Shown here: positions 26,597 to 39,922 of the stretch, one piece after another
How positions within the stretch are numbered: position 1 is the first letter of the stretch
How the letters are laid out: every line of letters begins with the position of its first letter
Translations under genes and position numbers: made by a program
The notes under the pieces: model-generated
What the model saw: the letters and a program-made list of their open reading frames with translations, nothing else
Told to the model about the DNA's origin: nothing
Databases searched by the model: none
Assembly: GCF_006345805.1 (NCBI RefSeq)
Contig: NC_042999.1
Coordinates: forward strand, 1,550,001 to 1,614,000
Direction of reading: 5' to 3'
Source of the DNA: Octopus sinensis
Taxonomy: Eukaryota
DNA length: 64,000 nt

Positions 26597-26684
26597 TGTA
26601 GTACAATCGTTTCATGCTACTTCATTTAATTAAACAATGTAAGTATTACATCAGTTTTAAAATGTAGAGCACTCTTCAGCCACA
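26597..26684 (-). ncRNA. Type-I hammerhead ribozyme with extended stem II
   Basis: Minus strand TGTGG-CTGAAGA-GTGCTCTAC...GTAGCAT-GAAAC-GATT-GTA-CTACA; stem I TGTGG/CTACA pairs (one GU), core intact. Confidence 0.7.
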
Positions 26685-26989
26685 TATGGAATTTTTTTAC
26701 TTAAATTGACATTGTTCATTTTTTATACTTATTCCATTTTTAAATTGAGCATTGTCAATATAAATGTAACTTAAGTACCATATTCATCTGTATATATATA
26801 TATATATGTACGTGTGTGTATGTGTGTGTGTGTGTGTGTGTGTGTACACAATAAGCTTCTTTACTCACATGGTTTTGGCTAGCCCAAGGTTAGAATAGAA
26901 GACATTTGCTCAAGGAGCCATGCAGTGGGACTGAACCCAGAACCATATGGCTGAGAATCAAACTTCTGCACCTACGTATGTAATTGCTC

Positions 26990-27390
26990 TTTTACTCTTT
27001 TACTTGTTTCAGTCATTTGACTGCGGCCATGTTGGAGCACCGCCTTTAGTCGAGCAACTCGACCCCGGGACTTATTCTTTGTAAGCCCAGTACTTATTCT
27101 ATTGGTCTCTTTTGCTGAACCGCTAAGTTACGGGGACGTAAACTCACCAGCATCGGTTGTCAAGCAATGCTAGGGTGACAGACACAGACACACAAACATA
27201 CACGCAACATATATATACATATATACGACGGCCTTCTTTCAGTTTCTGTCTACCAAATCCACTCACAAGGCTTTGGTCGGCCCGAGGCTATAGCAGAAGA
27301 CACTTGCCCAACGTGCCATGCAGTGGGACCGAACCTGGAAGCACGTGGTTGGTAAACAAGCTACTTACCGCACGGCCACTCCTGCGCCTA
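26990..27390 (-). mobile_element. tRNA-derived SINE, family B, full length
   Basis: Reverse complement of family B consensus. Confidence 0.8.
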
Positions 27391-28789
27391 TGTATGTAAT
27401 TATATATCTTTGCTAATGATTTTTTTTTTGTATCACTAGATTAAAGAAATTAAAAATTTAGTTATTAAAAGTCGAGATTTAGTTCTCTAGATTTTATTTA
27501 CACACATCAACCAAAAAAAAAAAAAAACTTGAATATTTAGAAAAAGGAATTATCATTTATTAAATGCAGATTTTTAAAATGTTGGTCTTGTTTGTGTTGT
27601 TTAAAGCTGCATTGTGAGCCCTGATTGGTCAGATTTAAGATCAAAGCCACTCAAACTGTGACCAACCTGTCTCTGAGTTTCTATATCTTTTTTTTGTTTT
27701 TATTGTAATTTTTACATATTTTTTTTATGCAGTGTATATCAAGGATGACATATTTATCCATAACTAAAATTTTAAAAATCAATACTTATGTTTATGATTA
27801 AGTTTTAACATTTAAATGTTTTTAAAATACTGTCAACAGGTTATTTTTCTTAAAGCATGTTGTAGTTCATATCATTCTCCTTGAAGTGACGCAAATAAAA
27901 ATATTTTTATTTTAAAAGTTCAATCAATTGCTTTGATCTTAAATAGTTCATGTGCGAACGCTGTTCAGATCAAAACAAAACGCTCAGCTTCCTGATTTTA
28001 GAGTAATAATCGTTTTAGCATCCACTTTTCCATGCTTGCATGAGTCAGATGCAATTCATTGAATCAGATTTGCTACAGCTGGATGCATTTTTTGTCACCA
28101 AGCAAGAAGATATTTCCTCATGACCGGACATGTTTTCATGGAAGATTGGAAACAAACGTGTGTGATGGCAATATTCACAACACTAACATGATGTTAAGAC
28201 AAAGAGAAACAAATACCCATGCGCATACATACACGCATACACATCTACATATATCATCGATGAATTCTTTCAGTTTCAGTCTTTCAAAACTATTCACAAG
28301 GCTTTGGTTAAGATACTTGCCCAAGATGCTGAGCTTGAAACCACAAAAAGCACCATCCGAACATGGATGATGCCAGCACCGCCTGACTAGCTTCCGTGTT
28401 GGTAATACGTAAAAACCACCAACTGATCATACCTGTTTGCCAGTCTCCTCTGGCCCCTGTGCCAGTGGCACATAAAAAGCATCCACTACACTCATGGAGT
28501 GGTTGGCGTTAAGAAAGAAAATAAGAAGTAAAATTCCTTATCACACAACCATGCATGTGTAGTTAAAAGATTAACAAATCTATTACAGTGTCAACTTGCT
28601 TTTATTTTCCACATAAGCATCTAATGAGTGGTCATTTCTAAAGCCATTTGCATTTTTTTTCTACCAGAGGTGCAAAATAAGAGGTCAACAAAAAAGGAAG
28701 TAGTATTGAGTTATGACCTTCCTTTCAGTAGAAAGAAAAATCAAATAATTTTTGAATAACAACAGTAAAATTATAAAATGAATTTATTA

Positions 28790-29065
28790 AGGCACCTGTG
28801 CTGGTAACATGCAAAAGGCCCCTGTGCTGGTGACATGTAAAGCACAACCATGCTAGTGACATGTAAAAGGGCACCCATGCTGGTGACATGTAAAAGACAC
28901 CCAGTACACTCTGTAAAGTAATTAGCATTAGGAGGAGAACCCAGCAGTAGAAACCAGGCCAAAATAGACAATAGGACCTGGTGAGGCTCTCTGGTTTACC
29001 AGATCCATTCAAACTGTCAAACCCATGCTAACATGGAAAACGGATGTTAAATGATGATGATGATG
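28790..29065 (+). mobile_element. Family D repeat (diverged) with short internal tandem units
   Basis: GTGCTGGTGACATGTAAAA units, then ...CCATGCTAACATGGAAAACGGATGTTAAATGATGATG. Confidence 0.6.
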
Positions 29066-29929
29066 GCAAATAGAATTTAAAAAGTAATTGTAAGAAAATG
29101 ACAAAGAAACAGGTGTAATCAAAAGTATAGACACTCACAATTTGATACTTGAGATGCAAACTATGATTAAAAAACAAAATCAATTGACCTGTTTGCCCAA
29201 ACTGGAAGACATAAGAACACAGGAAATATATCAAGTCCAACAGGAAACGGTGTTTCCTAGGGCTAAATAACAGTAGCATTCTTCCCTTTTATGGGACTGT
29301 TACATTAAGTTGACAACATTCTATCAGTTTACCATTTCCAAGTAATCAATGATAATGTGCAATTCGAGAATGGAGAAATAGCCCCTAATACAGAGACAAG
29401 AGAGAGACCTGTGTCAAGGAGATCATTAAAAGTTCATGTTACTTCTTGAGATTGGGAATTATAATGCATTTTTGTTGATACAGACCGAATAAAACAGAGA
29501 AGGAATTGGTATGTTATTTGTCTTTTCTTTTAATTGCGGTGTGCAGTATCTTGGTGCAGCCACTTGGTTTTGTTATTAGAGACCAAGGTGAAGATAATTT
29601 CGGTAGTAAAAAGTGAGAATTGCTGATTACAAATAAAAATCTAGTTTCTCAGGTTCGTTATTGAATTTGCTGTTCAACCCTAATCAGGTGAAATGCAATA
29701 AACAAATTCTTCAGTTTCTCTTCCTAAAAGTCTCTAATATAATTTCTATTACAACTGTGACTATCCTTAAAAATACTACGCTCAATAATGGCAACTATAA
29801 CAGCTCTAATTACATTCGTAATAGCAACAACAGGATCGTTATAAAAATTGTGAAAACACCAACATCCATATCCCCATCCACAATCCATTTGAGGGCAAAC
29901 CAGCGAGGATGATTGTACATTGGCACGTG

Positions 29930-30420
29930 ACCTGCTAATAAGAGTTTCAAATTTAGGTACAAGGCTAGGGATTTTAGGGGGTGGAAATGCAAGTCAATTG
30001 CATTGACCCCAGTATTTGACCGGTACTTTATTTGAATGGTTGCAGAAGGATGAAAGGCAAAATCAACCTCAACAAAATTTGAACCCATAATGTAAAGCGG
30101 AACGAATTATCACTTTAAGCATTTTGTTTGACATGGTAGGGATTCTATCAGGTTTCCACCAGAAAATCCAAACATGATGATGATGATGATGGTGATGGTG
30201 GTGATGGTGGTGATGGTGATGATGATGATGATGATGATCCTGTCTATTATAGGCACAAGGCTGGAAATTTGTGGGGAGGGGAGTAAGTTGATTACATTGA
30301 CCCTAGTGCCTAACTGGTACTTATTTAATCGATTCTGAAAGGATGAAAGGCAAAGCTGGCCTTGGCGGAATTTGAACTCAGAACGTTGTGACAGATGAAA
30401 TACGGCTGAGTATTTTGCCA
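29930..30420 (+). mobile_element. Two family A-related SINE copies
   Basis: ACAAGGC..GGGG..GGTACTT..GGATGAAAGGCAAA..GAATTTGAAC segments twice. Confidence 0.6.
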
Positions 30421-30464
30421 CCTTAAAAAATAATGGTAATGATCATACTGTCTTGGAATAAGAG

Positions 30465-30612
30465 ACATGAAGAAGAAGAAGAAGAAGAAGAAGAAGAAGA
30501 AGAAGAAGAAGGTGAAGAAGAAGGTGAAGAAGAAGAAGAAGAAGAAGAAGAAGAAGAGAAGAAGAAGAAGAAGAAGAAGAAGAAGAAGAAGAAGAAGAAT
30601 GAGGAGGAGGAG
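30465..30612 (+). repeat. (AAG)n microsatellite
   Basis: Direct reading. Confidence 0.95.
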
Positions 30613-30760
30613 GATACTTTGTGCAAAACCAAATATATGGCACCTTAGGCATAACACCAACTTGAAGTTCTAATTTGTTGTCTCTTGAGGTCTCTGGGTG
30701 AGACATGGAGTCAACTTGTACAAATACAAAGCAAAAAGTCAAACATACAATATTGATAAC

Positions 30761-30794
<34 letters not shown>

Positions 30795-30831
30795 TAATAA
30801 TAATAACAATAATAATAATAATAACAACAAC

Positions 30832-31230
30832 ATTCAGATTAACAAATAGAAGCTAGAAGGCCTGATTTTGTAGCAGTAGATTAAGACAATAGAAATTGCT
30901 TGATGATTGACTTTACAGTCCCAAATGATGAACGAATCAATATGAGAAGTATAGAAGAAATAGCAAAGTACCAGGACCTACCTGTTGAATTACAGAGACT
31001 ATGGAAAGTGCAGGTAAAATGTATCTCAGTAGTTATAGGTGCATTGGGAACTATCCCTAAAAATCTGAACAGATGGTTAGAGGGAATAGGTTTAGTACAG
31101 CTTCAGAGAACAGTGTTATTAGGAACTGTGAAGATACTTAAGAGAGTTCTTGGCATCTAAGTCTATTTGTTGTAGCCGGATGTTAGGAAGTTTTCTTTTC
31201 CAGTAGTCGAATTCTGTTGCGTGTATATGA
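30832..31230 (+). pseudogene. R4/Dong-clade non-LTR retrotransposon 3' end (restriction-like endonuclease domain + 3' UTR)
   Basis: RRPDFVAVD*DNRNCLMIDFTVPNDER...IAKYQDL..ELQRLWKV....VVIGALGTIPKNL..WLEGIG...LQRTVLLGTVKILKRVL* matches the PD..D..K RLE pattern of R4/Dong ORFs; (AAT)n on both sides. Confidence 0.85.
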
Positions 31231-31331
31231 ATAATAATAAAAATGATAATAATTCTTTGAAATTCTTGCACAAGGCCAGCAATTTTAGGGGAAGTTGGTA
31301 AGTTATTTAATTAACCCTAGTATTTCACAGA

Positions 31332-31780
31332 GGGAGACCCAGGAAAAAACATGGGATGAGGTGGTGAAGCATGACCTTCGAACGTTGGGCCTCACAGAGG
31401 CAATGACGAAAGGCCGAGACCTCTAGAGATATGCTGTGACTGAGAAGACCCAACAAATAAAGTGAGTCCACAGCTGTAACCTACACCAGTGTTGCATAAC
31501 CAGCACACTCAAAAGTACCTTGGATCGTAGGGCAACATGCTGTGCTTGAGGAGACCTATTGAGTCAAGTATATCAAAATCAAAAGTGTAGTTGTGATCCC
31601 CATGCCAATGGCATGTAAAAAGCACCCACTACACTCTTGGAGTGGTTGGCATTAAGAAGGGCATCCAGCAGTAGAAACACTGCTAGATCAGACTGGAGCC
31701 TGGTGTAGCCTCCTGGTTTCACAGACCCCAGTCAAACCATCCAACCCATGCCAGCATGGAAAACAGACGTTAAACGATAA
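31332..31780 (+). mobile_element. RTE-clade LINE 3' end (ORF2 C-terminus + 3' UTR; parent of family D)
   Basis: GRPRK/TWDEVVKHDLRTLGLTEAMTKGRDL*RYAVTEKT (one frameshift, one stop), followed by family D sequence. Confidence 0.8.
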
Positions 31781-31879
31781 AAAAGAAAAATATCTTTCTA
31801 TAATATGTAATTTTCTAGATGGTATAATTTAATTTTTCATTATTGAATTGATAAAAGGTGGTTATTCTAATTTATATAT

Positions 31880-32132
31880 CATCATCATCATCATCATCGT
31901 TTAGCGTCCGTTTTCCATGCTAGCATGGGTTGGACGGTTCTACTGGGGTCTGTGAAGCCAGAAGGCTTCATCAGGCCCAGTCAAATCTGGCAGTCTTTCT
32001 ACGGCTAGATGCCCTTCCTAACGCCAACCACTCCATGAGTGTAGTGGGTGCTTTTTACGTGCCACCCGCACAGGTGCCAGACAGACCTGGCAAATGGCCA
32101 CGAACGGATGGTGCTTTTATGTGTCACCGGCA
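31880..32132 (-). mobile_element. Family D repeat
   Basis: Same consensus, reverse orientation. Confidence 0.7.
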
Positions 32133-32133
32133 C

Positions 32134-32195
<62 letters not shown>

Positions 32196-32388
32196 CCTCT
32201 CTCTCTTTCGGAGAGGCACAAGCACCTACACACACATATACACACACGGCAGTAACTTCCGCCTACCGAATTCAATCACAAAGCTCCGGTCGGCTCAGGG
32301 CTATAGCGGAAGACACCTACCCAAAGTGCCACGCAGTGGGACTGAACCCGAAACCATGTAACTAGGAAGCAAGCTCCCTAACCACACA

Positions 32389-32425
<37 letters not shown>

Positions 32426-32849
32426 ATATATATATTTATATACATATATATATGTGTGTGTGTGTGTGTGTGTAATATTGTAAAGCAATACCTTGCAACC
32501 TTCAGGCTTGCTTTGCAATTTTATTACACTCCAGAAATATTTCGTATGAGCTTAAAATAGAAAAACAAGGTTGCAACTCACAAAATATTGTTAACAAATT
32601 TAATATGCTCTATATTCTAAATGCTTTGAATTGTTTATTGGATTCTGGATCCTCTCATCATGCAATTAAATATACCACACACACACACATAGATATATGC
32701 ATGCATGTGTGTGTGTGTGTGTAAGCTGGGAAATGGTGGTAAGTGAAAATTTTTTGGTAAATACAATTATAAGTTTTCACCACATATATTGACTATGGGA
32801 AGTAGTCTAATATTGAGGCATACAAACCAATGTCAGAAAAATGGGCACT

Positions 32850-33490
32850 CTTCATCATCATCTTCATCATCATCATCATCACAGTCGTTTAATGTCGACT
32901 TTCCATGCTGGCATGGGTTGGACGGTTTGAGTGAGGACTGGCAAGCCAGGAAGCTGCACCTGGCTCTAATCTGATCTAGCAAGGTTCCTACAGCTGGATG
33001 CCCTTCCTAACGCTAACCACTCTGAGAGTGTAGTAGGTGCTTTTTACACGACACCAGCATGGGGGCCAGTCAAGCAGCACTGGCATTGACCATGCTCAAA
33101 TGGTGCTTTTTAAGTTCCATTGGTGTGGGAGCCTGTCAGGTGGCACTAGTATTGACCATGCTCAATGGGTGATTTTTTTGTGCCACCGGTACAGGAGCCA
33201 GTCAGACAGCTCTGGCATTGGCCAGGCTCGAATGGTACATTTTACATGTCACTGGCACAGGAGCCAGTCAGGTGGCACAGGTATCGACCCTGCTTGAATG
33301 GTGGTTTTTATGTGCCACCAGCATAAGAGCCAGTCATGCAGCTCTGGCATCGGCCACACTCAAATGGTGCTTTTTATGTGCCACCAGTACAGGAGCCAGT
33401 CAAGCCCTACTGGCATCGATTGCTCTTGAATGGTGCCTTTTATGTGCCACCAGTAATGGCATTGGCCCAACATTGACATCGGCCCAGCGC
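32850..33490 (-). mobile_element. Family D repeat with ~60-bp internal tandem array (~7 units)
   Basis: GTGCCACC(A/G)G(C/T)ACAGGAGCCAGTCA..CTGGCATCG..ATGGTGCTTTTAT unit repeated. Confidence 0.7.
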
Positions 33491-33545
33491 TACACATGGA
33501 AATCAAACTCACACCTCTTATTTTCAAAGGAACATGCATATACCT

Positions 33546-33770
33546 ATTTCTTTACTACCCACAAGAGGCTAAACACAGAGGGGACAAACAAGGACAGACA
33601 GAGGGATTAAGTTGATTACATCGACCCCAGTGCATAACTGGTACTTAATTTATCGACCCCGAAAGGATAAAAGGCAAAGTCGACCTCGGTGGAATTTGAA
33701 CTCAGAACATAACGGCAGACAAAATACTTCTAAGCATTTTGCCCGGCGTGCTAATGTTTCTGCCAGCTTG
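33546..33770 (-). mobile_element. tRNA-derived SINE, family A
   Basis: Reverse complement of family A consensus. Confidence 0.8.
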
Positions 33771-34097
33771 CACAGTGATAACATAATGGAAATTGATGCT
33801 GAGAGATAATAGAGATGAACAATATACAGTAAGAATATACAGTAAATAGATGTATGACAGCTGTGCAATTACATATAACTGAAATTAGCATGCTGTGTAT
33901 GTGTCCTGATATTTTTCAGTTTTCTCAATTTCTTTGACAACCAGTCTATTATCGAATGGTATGACAAAGTCTCTGATCTTACAAGGCTTTTCTTTTTGAA
34001 CCTCTATAATCATATCTGTTTCTCCTTGATTGAATAGTATGACTGGTCTTTATAGAGAAATCCCATAAGATAATGTGATTATCAATCATCATTATAG

Positions 34098-34660
34098 CCT
34101 CTAGCTCATGTTCATGTCACTTTTCTGCCATTCAAATTTACATAGTTGACTTACATCCCAATGCACTCTTCTATTGACACAGTTATGTCTGTGCTTATAC
34201 TCTTTTTGTGCTACACTACTGCATTCACTTAAGAGATGGTTAATATTTTCATATTGTTTCTCACAGAATTTGCATTTACTTTCTGACTGAGTTTTATCAG
34301 TGTTTGTTTCCATCGAGCTTGTACTAATAGCTTGTTCTTGAGCAGCTATAATTAGTAATTAAGTTTCTGGTTTCAGGTTTACATCTGTCTGCCTTAATCT
34401 GTGTTCTTTACTTATATGATCCTCAGATTATTGCATGAATTGGCCATGTCATTCCTTCACTTTCCAACTGCTTTTCCAGTGGATTTTACTTTTGTTCTTA
34501 AATTTTCTTAGTGTTTCGGGGACTTTTCAGATTTTTCTGGCTACAAGCAGTAGTCTTTCTTCACTATACACAGCATAATTTCTCAAACCTGGTATCGTAG
34601 AACTGCCCCAATTTTTGTGTTTCAGAATCTTCTGCCTCCTACAATTATTTTTAGAGTCGG
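34098..34660 (-). pseudogene. R4/Dong-clade LINE fragment (post-RT region and CCHC knuckle)
   Basis: GLRNYAVYSEERLLLVARKI ... IIAAQEQAIST ... CKFCEKQYENINHLLSECSSVAQKEYKHRHNCVNRRVHW: CX2CX7HX4C knuckle with the AAQEQ and RH..V...HW motifs typical of R4/Dong. Confidence 0.85.
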
Positions 34661-34735
34661 ATGCACTGTGACTAGATTGCCAGTGCTATCTAATTTGTTT
34701 GTGTGTGTGTGTGTGTGATCCCTTATTAACATATA

Positions 34736-34966
34736 TATTTCTTTACTAACCACAAGGGGCTAAACATAGAGGGGACAAATAAGGACAGACAAACGGGTTA
34801 AGTCAATTACATCGACCCAGTGTGAAACTGGTACTTTATTTATCGACCCCAAGAGGATGAAAGGCAAAGTTGACCTCGACGGAATTTGAACTCAGAATGT
34901 AACAACAGATAAAATACCGCTAAGCATTTCACCTGGCGCGCTAACGTTTCTGCCAGTTCGCCGCCT
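34736..34966 (-). mobile_element. tRNA-derived SINE, family A
   Basis: Reverse complement of family A consensus. Confidence 0.8.
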
Positions 34967-37000
34967 CTCCCTTGTTAACATATACCGGATGTAAAAGAGC
35001 ATCACCATTATGCAAGTGATGTTATTCATTTCAAATCTTCCACAAAACATGTCAGGCCACAGGAATATATTATCTTGCTTGAAAACAAGGGTTGGTGACT
35101 GAAGAGGCATCTGGCTGCAGAAATTTTGCTTCAGTCAATTCCATCTTACCCATGAAAGCATGGAAAAGTGGACATCAAGACAATGATAAGGAGTGATGAT
35201 AATAGAAGTAACAATAATGATATTTTGCTTGACTGACTTTTTTTTTTTGATGGGAGGTGCTTTGCTGCAGATTAAGTAAACCTGCGTATATGGTAGGTAC
35301 AGGGTTAATTAGCTGTTATCATTTCTCTTGATGGTTTTATCATAGGAGCCAAATTTGAAATGGTTACACTAAAGTTTTTAAAATAGCCATTTGTATAACA
35401 TACACCAGAAGGCATGATAATCTGGGGTTTTTTTTTTTTTTTGAGAGAAAATTTCTTTAATAATATGTGTTAAAAGCACAGTATATATATCGAAGTGAGG
35501 TGAGCATCATCTCAGTAATGCTTCACAAGAATGCCAGATGTTTTGGCCTTTTTGGACCAGGTCAATTATTTGTATTCACTTATTACATGCTTAAACAAAA
35601 TCTATTCCTTTCAATATATAGAAAACAGTGACTAGTGCATTCACTGATATCTCAAAAAGCTTTCTGGGCCTTAAAAGACTCAGTGAGTGCAATGAAAACT
35701 ATATTAAATCAAAATGACCATTTGTGTACCATACTTGATTTATATACGCCATTAAATGGCATGATTCTGTTGTAAAAACTGAGTGAAAGTGTTTTCATTG
35801 ACATTTTGTGTTAAGAACAATATATATTAGAGGGAGTAAACATCATTTCAGCAGTGACTCACAAGAATGTCAGACCCATTTTCACTTTCTTGAGTCCTGT
35901 CAATGACATGTTTCTATTTTCACTTGTCTAGATGGAATTTGTGCTTTGATAAAAAAAAGACACTGTGAATAAAACATTCCTTGATATTGCAGAAAGCTTT
36001 CCAAGCTGAATGAAATTCAGTATATGCAATTGAATTGGTGTTAAATTAAAATAACTGGCTGTGTATCATCTGTAACAAGTTTACACCAATGAATTGTAGG
36101 ATGCTTACTCTGACATGCATTGAGTTTTGAAAATACCATGTGTAGGAAGAGATTCTATTCTCAAATGGCATCACTCCTTTCAATGGTGCTTTATATATAA
36201 AGTTTGGTGTGCAGGTGGTGATTCTATTTCAAATGATTCCATTGTATATAGTTAATGCAAACAAAAGTGTTTCTTTCTTTACAAATTCCTTTTCTTTCCA
36301 AAAGTATTACAGATTCACTGTTTTTTTCTGTTTTTTCTTTTCATTGCTTGAAAAATTTTCAATCCACTTAAACAAGACTTAAAGGCAGGACTGCAAAACA
36401 ATCATATATTCCAATCATTGACAAATTCCAACTCAAAACCAAACCAAACCAAACAACACAAAAAACAAAAACAAAAATAAAACATAATTTAAAATACCAT
36501 TTTAGAATAAATGAAATCTTGTTGTCTAACATAAAACTCGTACAATCGTTATCCAATTAGCTATTGTTCTTCTACTACTGTCACAGAACTTTACCTAAAT
36601 TATATTACCTATATCACTAATTGAAACAAATCAGATAGACAAGGAAATAATCAATTAAAAAGTCGAGATAATATATAGATATAATAAAATAATGACATTA
36701 ATAGCTGGACATTTTTCTCTATAGTATTTTAGTTTGGTTGGACAAAAGGATTTGTTGGTTTTTCTCTTGGTTTATTGAAATGTTTCAGTAACAACCAATC
36801 AGACGTATGTTTATTGCTTAAAACTATGGGTTTTTATCAGAGGCTATTAAACGACTAAAATAAGATGCGTAATAATGACTTTCACCTTTCTTCACTCGAG
36901 TAATTCTCGGTAAAATGCATAAATTATTAATGTACCTTTACAGTTTAGGTTTCTAAAAATAGTTTTGATCTAATAAAGGCAATATTAAGATATATATAGG

Positions 37001-37123
<123 letters not shown>

Positions 37124-37375
37124 AATGTGTACGCATACATATATATAAATATATGTGTGTATGTATGTATGTGTGTGTGGGTATATATATATACATACAC
37201 ATACATGTATATATGTGTGTGTACATGTATATATATGTATGCTTGTGTACATATATAGATATATGTATGTATGTGTGCATATATATATATATGTATATAT
37301 ATATATATGTATATATATAGATAGATTTTACATATTACCTATGTATATATATGTATATATATATGTGTGTGTGTA

Positions 37376-37414
<39 letters not shown>

Positions 37415-37849
37415 AGAAAGAGAGAGGTAAAGAGTGGGGGCGAGAAAGTGAAAGTGAAACTTGGGAGTGGTGTGAGATTGCTAATGTTTATGCTGATAAG
37501 TCTGATAAGTGTTATTGGTTAAACAAACATTTCTGGAATATCACCGAAGAAGCAGATTTAGCAACTGTCAGTCGGTGCTGGACATACTAATCCTATCCAA
37601 CTCACAGAAGGTGAGCTACATTAAGCCAGGCTGTTACACAAGATGAATAATTATTTGTGTCAAGATCATTGTTGGAACAAACCAGATATTATTTGAGAAA
37701 GCCATGTCTGCACTAATCAATACGGTAACAACGAGCTATCAATTAAAGACTGCTTGTTTGGATGTGCTGTGTCTATGACTAAGAGATTTACCATTTTGCT
37801 CGATGCATTTGGTGCTGGAAGTTAAGTTTCCACAGCATTCTTCTCCATC

Positions 37850-37907
37850 TTCTCCCCTCCTTCTCCTCCTCTTTCTTCTTCTTTTTTCTTCTTCTTCTTC
37901 TTCATCA

Positions 37908-37938
<31 letters not shown>

Positions 37939-38117
37939 CTTCTTCTTCTTCTTCTACTACTATTTCTTCTTCATCATCATCATCATCTTCTTCCTCAGCT
38001 TCTTGATCTTCTCCTTCTTCTTCTTCATCATCATCATCATCTTCTTCCTCAGCTTCTTGATCTTCTCCTTCTTCTTCTTCTACTTCTCCTCCTTCTACTT
38101 CTTCTTCTTCTTCTTTT
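37850..38117 (+). repeat. (CTT)n/(CAT)n microsatellite with internal duplication
   Basis: Direct reading; TCTTCTTCCTCAGCTTCTTGATCTTCTCC occurs twice. Confidence 0.9.
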
Positions 38118-38411
38118 ACTGGCCATTGCCAGTACCACCTGACTGGCCCTCATGCCAGTGGCACGTAAAAGCACCCACTACACTCTTGGAGTGGGATGAT
38201 GATGATGTATATATATACATCGATATATATATGTATAAACAATTGTTAAAAGATTGACAAAAGAACGGATGTAACATAATCACTTTCATAAGGTTACTGC
38301 TGTTTCTGCTATAAATAAGCATGCACCTGGAGATGAGTGCCTGTGCAACATCTCATAGCTTCCACAGAGTCATATGTATGCATATAGATACGTGTATGTA
38401 TATGTATGTGT

Positions 38412-38456
<45 letters not shown>

Positions 38457-38959
38457 ATCGTTGTGTTTGGCCTCTCGCCCAGTTCGACTGGTGTTGGTTT
38501 GTTCATGTTCACATCATTTAGCATTTCCAACGAAAAAAAAAAGGTTGATGTAACAAATGCTTAAAATAAGTACTGGTGGGGGGGGGGGGAGGGTTTCTAT
38601 TTATTCAACTCAAACATTCAGAGAGGAGCCCCAGCATGGCTGCAGTTGAATGAATGGTAAAAGAATTAAAGGATTAAAAGAATATAGGAATGAATTTATC
38701 ATGGAATGAAAGAATCACAGAATGAAAGAATAAGGGAAATATAAACGAAGCATAACATCTATTTCTACTTAAGGAAATGGAAAAATAATAACAAGTTTTA
38801 TTTGTATAAGTAAACAGTGATATTCTGTCTCATGGGAGTAATAAGGTGATCGCAATGAAAACAAGACACAGCTTTATTCTTTCTGCCTGAATTTCCATAG
38901 ATATTCAAACAACTGCAACGAATATAACAGAACAGAGTAAATAAATATAAAGATAATCA

Positions 38960-39345
38960 TTTCTACTATAGGCAAAAGGCCCGAAATATATATTTTTTTT
39001 TTGGGGGGGGGGCAGTCGATTAGATGGACCCCAGTACGTAGCTGGTACTTAATTTATTGACTCTGAAGTAATGAAAGGCAAAATTGATCTCAGCAGAATT
39101 TGAACTTAGAATGTAGCTGCTGACGAAATAATTTTCTACTCTAGGCACAAAGCCCAAAATTTTTGGGGAGGAGGCCAGTCTATTACATTGACCCCAGTAT
39201 GCAACTGGTACTTAATTTATCGACCCCGAAATGAGGAAAGGCAAAATTTACCTCAGCAGAATTTGAACTTGGAATGTAGTGGCAGAAGAAATACTGCTAA
39301 ACATTTCACCCAATGTGCTAATGATTCTGCCAGGTTGGCGCCAAT
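38960..39345 (+). mobile_element. Two family A-related SINE copies
   Basis: TTCTACT(A/C)TAGGCA..AAGGCCC..GGTACTTAATTTAT..GAATTTGAACTT twice. Confidence 0.6.
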
Positions 39346-39855
39346 ACAAAAATAATATTCTCTCTAACCTTTTACTATTTAGTTATTTCAGTCACTAAAC
39401 TGTGGCCATGCTGGAGCATTGCCTTGATCCTAGTACTTTATCTCTTTTTCTCCATTTTTTTTTTGGAAGCCAAGTACCTCTTCTGTTGACAACATCAGCT
39501 GAACTGCTAAGTTACAGGAATGTAAACACACCAACACCGATTGTCAAACAGTAGTGGGGGGCAAACTCTTTGCATATGACACAGTTATACACACACACAT
39601 GCATGCATACACATACATACGCACATGCACACATATGCACACACATATACACAGAAAATAGAAATGGTAAAATCCAGGCTGTCTTCTTGAAGCACATCTT
39701 ATCCCATATATTCTTTACATTATTTACATTGGATGGATATGTACCTTCATCTTGTTTAACATTTTGGCTGATTTACTATCCATCCTTCATCAGATGTCCT
39801 AGTGGAATTTTGAACCCACCCTGGGTTCTCATTCCTAGGGCATTTTTGCTGATGC

Positions 39856-39898
<43 letters not shown>

Positions 39899-39922
39899 AT
39901 TATTTTTATTATTATTATTATT

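Noticed and set aside
29090-29450. Two ~40-60 aa stop-free stretches in unique sequence
   Set aside because: No recognisable homology or consistent splice pair.
32990-33490. ~60-bp periodic array as CRISPR-like
   Set aside because: Whole units are degenerate copies with no unique spacers; internal to an RTE-derived repeat in a eukaryote.
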